64,000 nt of DNA from Perna viridis (lineage: Eukaryota): the NCBI GenBank assembly GCA_037379345.1, contig CM074512.1, positions 64,253,597 through 64,317,596 of the forward strand, given 5' to 3'. Both the position numbers and the translations under genes were made by a program. The first letter of the stretch is position 1. Each line of letters starts with the position of its first letter. A model generated the notes under the pieces. It did not search any database, was not told where the DNA came from, and saw only the letters and a list, made by a program, of their open reading frames with translations. This document shows, piece after piece, positions 36,409-46,650 of the stretch.

Positions 36409-37596
36409 GTATTTACAGTTAACACATTAATTTTCCCAGTGTACTAATTTTCTTTACTTTTGCAGTGGACAGAAAACCATGAAAATTATTACCTGCAAAA
36501 ATAGATATCTGAAAATATGTTTATTTGATAGAATCTTCAAGAATAAATTTTTTACAGTATTTCATAGATACAACGGTAATATTTTCTCAGATAGGTGATG
36601 ATGGTGAAACTTTAAAAAAATCTTTCTAATAAAACAACAACGGAACTATAAACTGACTTTTTTCCAGTTATATCTTCCTATTTCTAACTAAAAAATTAAG
36701 CAAAGTCATGGCAAAACCATTTACTTTATTGTATTTGAAGAAGATGATGTATGGGCCCAAAGTCACCCCTTTTTTCTGCTTATGGTACTCAAATTTAAAA
36801 AAAATTACGGATGTTCCCGTAAAATGTATGAGGGACGGGGTAGGCACTTTCATTCATTGTATTTGAATGGGTGATCAGGCCTCTTGTCAAAATATAAAGT
36901 TAAATACAAAAACATTAATAGGACTTCTATGGGTGGCTCCCCTTGAGAAAAATTGTCTTCCCTGGGTACCTCATATCTTTAAATAGAACAGCACTGAGTA
37001 GGGTACACGAAAGATGTAACCTAAAATAGTGGGAAATAGTACCGTCCTACCTTCAGGAGCAAAATGTGAAGTTCTTTCGTGACATTCAAAATTGAAATTA
37101 TTCCATGAATCTGTATAGACACATTCAATTTGATATAATGCTGTCATTGACAATTATTGAGTATTTTTATATCAGGGCACTAACCAAGATAAAAAATATC
37201 AGAGAGTAAACAATGGAAAAAAAAATTAGTTGCTGATAAAATGAATTATTAGAATATTAGTAAATATTCCTACTGGTAGTAATTTCTAAAGTATTGTCCT
37301 GAATGAAAATTTAAACTGTAGTTGAAAGAGTATTTATTTATAAAAATATGGAACAAGGCTTGGAGTTTCATTTTTGCTCAGAAAGGACTGGAAGTTAGTA
37401 GGATAAGTAATTCCTAACTGCCAAATATTGTGAAGTATTCTATTTGCTATAAAAAGTGATAAAACTTCTAATAAGGTCTTAAACTGAAAAATTATTGACT
37501 TCAGTGAAAATATCCTGAATACTGATCACATGTTTTGTTAGGAAAAGTTTCAATTAATGTTGTTTTCTGTATGTTATAACACACCATCTGTTTTAG

Positions 37597-37904
37597 TTCC
37601 ATATTACAAATTCCTGGTGAATCCACACTGAAGAGAAACTTTCAGCTCATACAACAGAGAGAGGGTCAACCTGGAGCCAGACCTTCAGCCCCACCCCAGC
37701 AACTACACAATCAACAACAGAGGGGACAACAACAACAAAGGCCATCAGGTCATCACGGTCATCAACAAAGAGACCACGGAGGACACAGACCAGCATCATC
37801 ACATCAGGGCTGGCCTGTTTCTAGTCATTTCCAGGCCCAACCAGTCCCCCATTCTCAGCAGCAGGCCCAGAAACAACAGCAACCAAGACAGTCACAGATT
37901 ATTG
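37597..37904 (+). CDS. MAP4K4: Exon 15 (SILQIPGESTLKRNFQLIQ followed by Q/H/P-rich region)
   Basis: 308 nt, phase 2-1; PGESTLxRxF family motif. Confidence 0.93.
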
Positions 37905-38409
37905 GTAGGTGCTTTTGTCAAATTTTCCATTGTCAGGTTCTAAATTTGCTTTATATAGCTTCACAACCTGTTTTTATATGGTAGATTTTTAATGATTCCT
38001 TTTGAATATGATATCTGTTGAATTTAGTGTTTTAATTTGTTAACTGTACACTTTTAAGAGGTATTAAAATTTGTTTTGGGGCACTTCAAAATTTAATTTA
38101 GGATACAGGTTAATTATGACATCAAGTGTTTATCAATAGTAATGATTATTCTGACATTTAATTTGTAAAATATTAATTGATTATTGCAGAGGTCAAGTAT
38201 ATTTTTTTTACTCTTTAGAAATCAAGTTGTAAATGAAATAAATGAAAGTTTGTTTACATCATGATTTAACTATGTATGGATTTTAAATAGAAAATTCAAC
38301 CAGCTGATTAAAACCATTTTGATTTGTACCCTACACTTCATTCAGAGATTTCTTTCAATTTGGAAGCTTTAAAGAATGTCTGAATGTAATTTAAAACAAA
38401 ACCGTATAT

Positions 38410-38662
38410 GTGCATAGCCAAATGTGCAATGTGTGAGAATCATATAGGTTGCAACATATGGTAATCATATGAAATGAGTGACATATGATAATCATGTTTC
38501 AGTTATATGATTACTGCATAATCTGATTGATCACAAACATAGGATTATCATGTTTCCAAGCCAAAATTAACATATGAGAATATATAATAATCATACGACT
38601 CATTTGAAAGTTGTTATATGATAATCATATGATTATCATATGTGGCACATTTGGCTTGTATA
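38410..38662. mobile_element. MITE-like foldback with internal catatgataat motifs
   Basis: agccaaatgtgc...gagaatcatat / atatgattatcatatgtggcacatttggct inverted ends. Confidence 0.7.
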
Positions 38663-38735
38663 ATGAGTGTTTAATATTTATAAGATATTTTTCCGTTTGA
38701 TTGTATAATTGAATCCAATTGGTATGGTTTTACAG

Positions 38736-38747
38736 GAAGATACATAG
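38736..38747 (+). CDS. MAP4K4: Candidate 12-nt microexon (adds GRYI)
   Basis: ggttttacag|GAAGATACATAG|gtaact; phase 1-1, frame-preserving, no stop. Confidence 0.5.
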   Translation, partial: EDT

Positions 38748-40274
38748 GTAACTTAGAACAATATAATAAATACTAAATTTGAGTGGTGCTTCTCTAATAG
38801 TAACATCATCCCAAACTTTGAAAATGATGTACATTTTTCTGTAGAGTATCTGTCTGCATTGTATATGTTGTGATTGTTACATTGTTTATGTCATTGCTTT
38901 GTATTGTTGTATGCATTGTTTTGTAAAACATGCTTCGTCTTCAGTGATTGTGTCTTTATGGTATTATTTTTTTTTGAAATTTTCTGAAGTTGTTAAAATG
39001 AAATGAATTTGCTGTAATTACTTAATTTAGATTTAAGAGATTTTTTTGAGATTTCCATTGAATTCCGAGATTTTTATTTTTATTTTATGATTTGATTGGT
39101 TAAAATTTGAAAATTTTGGAGATGTTTAACAAAATTAAATTTTAGAGGATAACTTTGACCAATGTTTCAAGAATGGTTAAAATCATGCTTGTGACTTGTG
39201 TTATATATTCTCTAATACATTTTATGATGTGTTTAAGGGTGGATAATGCACCTTTTTAATTGTATTCACAAAATTGAAAATCTGTAGTAAAGTTTCCAGT
39301 GTTTTGCAATTTATGTCATAATCAATTTCAAATTCTAATATGACATTCTTAAAAGATCTTTGAAACACAGCCGTGGTAAATGATAATAAACATATGACCA
39401 ATGTCATAGCCATATGACAGTCTTAGATTTAAAGTCATAGATAAGTTTTACCCAATCTTACTGGCGCCATAATATAATTTTGCCTCACAATGGTTGCTAT
39501 TTCTTGCAACACATAAGCTGCATCATCTCATAAGCATGAGGAAACTAGTCCTATTAGAAAAATAATAATAGTTCATAGAGACTCCATGTCATCATTGTTT
39601 AACCACAGACTGGCCATATGTTGTCATTATTTTTTAGTGCTGTTGTTGTAGGTAAAATAAGGCAAAGTAAATGGCCAGCCCTTTGGTAAAACAATAATAT
39701 AACAGTCTCTGTAAATTATTTTCAATATAGGAACATGATATATTTATCTTTAGAGAATTGGACCATTTTTAAATTGCCAAAACACTGCTGTTTTAATACA
39801 AATCTCAAATTTTGGAATTATTAGTTTTTCTGGAAATGTGGCATTTCAAACAATCTGATTGGTCAAATTTGGGTTGGGAAGAGATATGAGGAAATCTTTG
39901 ATCTGACATTTTAGAAAAGATCACAATATGTGTTTTTAGAAAAAATTGAAATTGAGGCAAGGATGTGTATATGATGTATAGTCTACAACTTTACTGAACT
40001 AGACCAAAATTTTTCACTGCATTTTCCAGACAAAACTTAAAAATTCCATTCACTATTTTCTTTTTTTGTATTTCATATTTCAAATTATAATTCCTTGAAA
40101 TTGATAATATTTTAAAACCCCAAAAGTGTTTGGGTAATTTACAAAAGGAAATGTTTAGTTATAGCTCATGTCTTGCTGCCTGTCTGTCTGTTAGTAAAGC
40201 TCTGGGCTTGCTACCATAGAGTCTGTCTGTCTGTGTTGTAGCTTTTCTAATTCCCATCTGTCTTTACCTTGTAG

Positions 40275-40307
40275 AGGAGGAAGAAGAGAATGAGGAACCA
40301 GAAACAG
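40275..40307 (+). CDS. MAP4K4: 33-nt acidic cassette exon (EEEEENEEPET)
   Basis: ttctaat branch point, pyrimidine tract, tgtag|...ACAG|gttacc; phase 1-1; purine-rich. Confidence 0.75.
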
Positions 40308-41150
40308 GTTACCTCCCCTTACACTACTTCCTGTGTGTCTGTTTTTGGAGTGTTGATCATGTATTAGCATTTTGATTTACATAAATAGAAAGACATGGCA
40401 TGTTTCATATAAAATATACAGAGGAGGCTTAGAAACATTCAGAAATGCAAGAACTTGCAAAGGATTTTTACTGCTTGAAGCCGAATCTGTTTTATTATTT
40501 GATCTTTGTCATGTCAGTGCACTAAGATTGTATTTGAACTGCAACACAGAATAAGGAATATCATTTAGCAGCAAAGTTTTGTGGTCTTGTAACTTTTGTT
40601 ATATATTTACAAGCGTAGTGAAAGTGCGAAATTGGAAACTCACTTAACTTTTCATTTCTAAAGTGCATAGAAGCCTCTATATATAGAACAAATCACAAAT
40701 TTGGCAGCGGTGAAAATTATTTTTAAGTTCTATGTATATTTGATTGAAAAGGAGTGGACTAAAGTGACTGCTGCCTGATAGTTATTTAAGATGTTGGATT
40801 TTTTTGGGCATAAAAATAACTTTTAATTTTTTTTCCCTTTTAATTTCATTGGTAAAACTTTTGCCAGAAATTAAATGAATATATAGATAATACTTTGAAG
40901 CCTTGAATCACTGTGGTTGGGTTTAATCAAAGCTTTTTAAGAGGGTTAAAGTGATCGACCTTTAAAAATGCTAATACATGTCTAAGAAAGATATTAAACA
41001 GAAGATGTAGATATTTTGTATTGCTACATATTATTCTAGATTTCTCTAGATTATAGATTATTGTGTTCTTTCTGTGTGTGTTTCAGTCTATTGTTGATTA
41101 AATTCTGTATTATTGTAATATTTTTTCAATCTCTAACATGTCTACTATAA

Positions 41151-41307
41151 TTGGGGCGGATCCGGAGATTTTCAAAAGGGGTGAAAAAATCCAGAAAAAA
41201 GGGGAGGGGTTCACATGCTATTATTTGCTCATTTTGATCAAATTATAGGCAAAATAAACATAATATTCCAACAAAAGGGGGGATGTCAACCTCTGGATCT
41301 GCCACTG
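41151..41307. mobile_element. Degenerate MITE with GGCGGATCC / GGATCTGCCACTG ends (same superfamily as 13073)
   Basis: ttggggcggatccgga ... tctggatctgccactg; ctacta near both flanks. Confidence 0.65.
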
Positions 41308-41735
41308 CTACTATTAATTTGGTATATAAATTCACAAAGACCCTTTACCTTTGTTCAATTTATAACAAAATGTAAGAGATGATAAACATCTACCTGAGAG
41401 GGATGTCTTAGTGCATGAAAGATTCTCTGTATATATTGTATTATAATTAGAGCTATATTATAATGAAGCTTTGCATGCTGGTTGGTTACTTCTTGAATTG
41501 AATATCCAAACTTTGAAAATTTGCTTCAGCAACTATTATGATGACTTTTCTCTGCACTTGAAAGAGTTTTCTGGTTATGGACATAATATCTTGTGCACAA
41601 ATTTAGTCACTTGCATGTTTCCAATGTTATCAATAGTAAGGCATAATATGTGTATAAAATTTAGTAAATTTACTATGGTTATGTTGTACATTTCTTGATG
41701 GGAAAGTTTTAAGTGATCTTTTTCACTATTTTCAG

Positions 41736-41833
41736 ATCAGAGACCTATGAGTGCTAATCAGAGACCACAACAAGGTCAAGGTCAGGGTGATCCTAGAAAT
41801 CCTATGTATAGAGGTCAGGCAAAGAAACCTGAG
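41736..41833 (+). CDS. MAP4K4: Exon (DQRPMSANQRPQQGQGQGDPRNPMYRGQAKKPE)
   Basis: 98 nt, phase 1-0; strong acceptor. Confidence 0.9.
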
Positions 41834-42181
41834 GTAGGTCAAGGTCAAGGTTATATGTGAAAACTTGCAATTGATATTAAAATTAAAGGTAATCTTTAAT
41901 TAGTCTTTTCTGAATTATATCATGTTTTATCAGAATTTACCAAAACTACATGTTCATAACCCTAAAACACTGGCTTCATTCCTTGTATTGTTCAGGTTAG
42001 AAGTTCTCTGTGCTGGAGTTCGCTTTCCATTTTAGTTTGTTTTCTTATGACAACTTCTTTTTGACTGTTTATTTACAGATCTCCATCTTCTTTGTATTTG
42101 TGTCTATTGCTGTTGATAGAAGTAAATGCTTGGAACAAGTGTACAACATACTTAAATTTACAATACTAATATTATATTTAA

Positions 42182-42392
42182 GGAGGTAGACTGGAGGTAA
42201 TGGACACAACTCAGAAAAATCATTGGAACGTTTGTATTTAGCATATTACTTCTATTTCATGTAGCATCAAAGTAAATTGGACTGACTTCATTCTGTTTCA
42301 AATGAAAGCTTGATAGGCTTCGGTGAAATTGAATATGATTCAAACTTATCAATGATTTCAAGAGTTATGTCCCTTACCCCAGGTCTACCTCC
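42182..42392 (-). mobile_element. MITE, Kolobok-like family (copy 2)
   Basis: TTAA|GGAGGTAGAC ... GTCTACCTCC|TTAA: TTAA TSD with RR..YY termini. Confidence 0.85.
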
Positions 42393-42657
42393 TTAAATTA
42401 AAACCAAATTAACCGAAAATGTGCCAAACCATACTTTTATGAAGTCCATCTGTATCAATATAAAAATACCTGGGTAAACCAAACTCCTCCCTGAAGTAAG
42501 CAAATTCTTAGTCCTAAAGGGATTTGTTATAGACAGGTTACACTTTGCCTTCAAATATGTTATAAAAAGTCCCAAGAAATCGAAGTTAGATACTAGGATT
42601 TATGAATTATTAATCATTACAATAAATTATATTCCTCTATGTCATAAATATTTATAG

Positions 42658-42815
42658 GACTTAGATATGATAGTGAACCACTTAAATGAACTTGTTGCTG
42701 AAGATAAACCTACAACAACAGTATTGATAGATGATGACAAATCAGATGATGAGGAGGAAGAGGAAGTCATTAACCGTGACGGTACACTGCTTGCCTCAGA
42801 ACCAGCTCGTCCATT
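42658..42815 (+). CDS. MAP4K4: Exon (DLDMIVNHLNEL...DEEEEEVINRDGTLLASEPARP)
   Basis: 158 nt, phase 0-2; KPE|DL...L and DGTLLAS motifs recalled from msn/TNIK-family linkers. Confidence 0.92.
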
Positions 42816-43226
42816 GTAAGTAAACGATGTCAGCAAGTAAACAGTGTGTACAGTGTCAATTGTGTCGATTGTAAGTACACAGTGTTAACAAGTCTGGTCC
42901 TAAGAACCAATTTGTCCATTGTAAGTAAATAGTGCCCTCATGTCTGGTCCTAAGAACCAGCTCGTCGATTGTAAGTACAAAGTGACAACAAGTCTGGTCA
43001 TCATAAATAGCTCTCCCATTGTAAGTCAACAGTATCTTCTTTTATTTTCTCGAAACCAGCTTTCGAATTGTATGTAAACAGTGCCTACACTTCTGGTATC
43101 AGAACCAGTTTGTCTATTGTAAGTAAACACTGTCTTCAATTTTGGCCTCATAATCAGTCGCCCACTGTAGCTAAACAGTTCCTACACTTCTGGCCTTGCA
43201 ACCAGTTTGTCCATTGTAAGTAAACA
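42795..43226 (+). repeat. ~50-bp minisatellite of exon end plus 5' splice site, 9 units
   Basis: GT positions 42816, 42871, 42921, 42971, 43021, 43070, 43119, 43167, 43216. Confidence 0.9.
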
Positions 43227-43451
43227 AATTTTGTCCTATCTTTCTTGTAAAATTAATGTGATTTTAGACTTGACCAAATTGATATATATTTTGAGATAAA
43301 AACCATATAAAGCATATGTCACATGAATGAATTTCACATGAAGCTCAAATCACATGATTTACCACATTGTCTGTTGAAACGTTCTCTTCACGAATTATTG
43401 GACACTTATTTAATATGTACATGTAATTTTCTTTTACTGATATAATTTCAG

Positions 43452-43507
43452 ACCTCCTGGTAATTACAATAAGGACACATTTGAGACTCTGTCTTCCATG
43501 GTTGATG
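43452..43507 (+). CDS. MAP4K4: Exon (LPPGNYNKDTFETLSSMVD)
   Basis: 56 nt, phase 2-1; tttcag| and |gtatgt. Confidence 0.82.
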
Positions 43508-43753
43508 GTATGTATGTTACTGTTTAGAACAAAATTACTGCAGGAAATTCAGTACTGAAACTTTAATTTCCTAGTGATTTAGCTTCAACAATTAAAATTT
43601 CTTTTTGCTCTTGAGCCTTGCTGTTTGGAATGGTTTGAATGGATAAAAAAACCCATAAGTTTTATTGATTTTTAGGATTTTATTTATGTAATGCTGTTAT
43701 ATGCCATATGTCATGATATGTACACATTTTGATTTGTTATCTGTTGATTTTAG

Positions 43754-43789
43754 ACAACACCTTACAATCTATGATTATTCATGAAGTTG
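43754..43789 (+). CDS. MAP4K4: 36-nt exon (DNTLQSMIIHEV)
   Basis: Phase 1-1; |gtgagt; resembles the recalled TMVVHDV motif of vertebrate MINK1/TNIK. Confidence 0.82.
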
Positions 43790-46106
43790 GTGAGTAAATG
43801 TATAACAGAAAGTCACACTGATTTTACTCATCAATTAATTAAATCAAAACTGCTGTGATAAGAATTTTTCTGTTGGATATACCCAACACCTGTTTCTTGA
43901 CAGCATCTATCCTGACCTATGACCTACTTAGATGTTAGATTCACCTTCACAGGGTCAAGGATGTTTTACTGACCTACAAACACTAACTATACAACCCATG
44001 GTGATGGACCAATTACATGTTGTTAGAAACACAAAACTGACTAATTTTTATACAACTACAAAAGCTTATGTTATACACAGTATATAACAACAATCAAAAT
44101 TCATACCTATATCAAGCTTGAATAAGTGTCCGCAACTAATCAGGGTTCTAACCTTTGCGGTCCTATTAAGGTGCACCATGTGAATCAATACAAAACCCAA
44201 GTTCTGGTCATGTTGGGTAAATACATGTAATTTTAAACACATGTATGACACTTAAATCTATATAGAGACATCATTGAAGTGTATTGGTCAGTTATTTCAA
44301 AAGTTAACACATTTTTTTTGTGTTCAGAATTCCGTTTTACTCCCAAAAGGTTAAGGAACCATTAATATTTATGTATTAACATTATCAATTAACTGCCATG
44401 AATGAATTTGATTCTGAATTTATAGTTGAAATGTTATGAGAATCAGTTTGACTTTCTGTTGTATAAACAGTGTGTTGAAGTTACAAGGAATGTTGTCTGT
44501 AATCAATTCATTTCTTATTTTTGGGGTTTCTCTCATTATTATTTTTTGAATGTCACATATGTATTGTATTGCTTCTTTCTGAAATGAATTTTAATTTTTT
44601 ATTTATAATCAACTTTACAGGAGCTAGATTTTAAACATTAATTATTCTGATCAATAAAAATGGAGAAAAATTAAGTACTGCGTAACAAGATTGTTGCCCG
44701 CTTTAAAAGAATTTAATTTCAATAATACATTCTAACACTGGTTTTCAATTGCCTAAATTTTTCAAATTGTAATAATCCATTTTAACTATGGTAATAAATT
44801 GGTTTTTCAATCTTAATTCTTCCTGCATGCCAAGTTAACGAAGATCAGTAGTTTGGTAGTAGATATGGCTTAGTTAATAATATATCATTTATTTTTTATG
44901 GACAAAATATTCAAAAAGATTGATTGATTGATTTATTTTGTAAGTACATTAAGAGCAGCTTCATGTAAAGGATGGTCGATGTACTTGTATACACTCATTT
45001 TATTTATACTTTTTTTTTTACATTATTTTCCCGTATTTTCTGTTGTGTATTTTAGTATTTAGAAATCTTATGAACATATATTTAGATTTTTTGTCATTTT
45101 ATTTTTTGAAACAATGTATAATTTGTTCCAATGTTTCTTTTTATAGCTAGGATTATCTAATTTCAGTTTTATATGAACCCACAGTTGTTGGGGATATCTC
45201 AATACAATTACATCTGGGTTGGGGGGGCATCTCAATACATGCACATAAGCATCACACCTGCCTGTTTCCAGTGCATTTCAAACATATCCACTTCTGAACA
45301 CAATTTTAAGCATCTTTTCTTGCATCAGATTTTGTTCTCTGTTATGTTTTTTGAGGGGTCAGTTTGTGTTTTCAGGGATTTTTACTGTTGGAGGGGGGGG
45401 GGCATGATCTGAATGTATCCATTGGAAAATTGTATATATACTTTGAATTGAATAATTGAATATTAAACTTTGCCCCCAGACAAATGAAAAAAAAACTGTC
45501 TTCCTATTAAAGGCATACCATGCTCACCTTCAAAATTTTCCTTTAAATCTAATATTTGCCTGAGAACTTATAGATAACCTGAAAACAACCTGGTATTTTG
45601 TTTTAATGTTTTGCAATGTCTCTTTCATGTATCTATGCACACAATTGCCTTTTGCTAAATGTCACAAGCTTATGGTTACATGCATTTATGTTTGATATGC
45701 ATTCTTTGGTTATGTTCAATACTGTTATAAATAGCAATTTGATCACAAAACTCAGATTAATTGTCTCTTACTATCAAAAAAAGAAATATGCAGATTATGT
45801 GTTGAGAAATATAGTGTTAAGAAGAGTGATACAATCACCTTGACAGTCCATTACAGTACTTGTGTGGGGTAGACTTTCCATTCTATGGTATAAGATTAAT
45901 GTGGAATAGGGAATGAGGATGGATGGGGGGAGGGGTGAGAATTTTGAATGGAGAAAAATTGGGAAATTGGTTTAAAAAGTATTTATTTATGAGTGGTATA
46001 TTTGAATTAGTGACAAAAACAGTGTGAATGTTGAAGAATTTGAAATTTGAAAATTTTAGTCTGTAATTATATAATGTAATAAAGAAAAATGCAGTGGGAA
46101 TTCTTT

Positions 46107-46350
46107 TGGGAATGGGGATTTTTGTTTGGGAAATGGGGATGAGATCATGGGGAATAGGGATGGGGTCATGGGAAATAGGGATGAGATCATGGGGAATAGG
46201 TATGTGATCATAGGGAATAGGGATGGGATCATTGGAAATTGGGATGAGATCATGGGAGATGGGGATGGGATCATGGGGAATAGGGATGAGATCATTGGGA
46301 ATAGGTTTGAGGTAATTGGAAATGGGGATGAGATCATGGGCAATAGGGGG
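46107..46350 (+). repeat. 21-bp G-rich minisatellite (~11-12 units)
   Basis: Consensus ggggaatagggatgagatcat. Confidence 0.92.
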
Positions 46351-46573
46351 AAGGTGTATGGTGTAAATGGGAAGTTCATACTATTCAAGAGCTGTCATTG
46401 ATTTAAAAAAAATCATAAGTGTAAAATTTGCCCAAAACTATTGCTTTATGACAGAATAGTATTGTGACAACATACATTATCTTTTGACAAATTTTACTCT
46501 ACAATTTTTTGTAAAATTGACAGTTCTGTTATTAATAAATTGCAATGATTTATCTTGTGTTTGCTTTTTACAG

Positions 46574-46650
46574 ACCAAAGCAATAATGTTGGCAGGAAAC
46601 ATGAACACACCAAGACCAAAGAAGATGACGATACACTTGTTGTTAGAAGG
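46574..46650 (+). CDS. MAP4K4: Last identifiable exon (DQSNNVGRKHEHTKTKEDDDTLVVRR)
   Basis: 77 nt, phase 1-0; tttttacag| and |gtatgt; TLVVRR resembles the recalled TMVVQR motif of the family. Confidence 0.85.

Noticed and set aside
44621-44660. actttacag|GAGCTAGATTTTAA plus AATAAA as a terminal exon (GARF-stop)
   Set aside because: Such signals arise often by chance in DNA this AT-rich; no independent support.
46056-46401. ORFs with 7-aa periodicity on both strands
   Set aside because: By-products of the stop-free 21-bp minisatellite; no splice or homology support.
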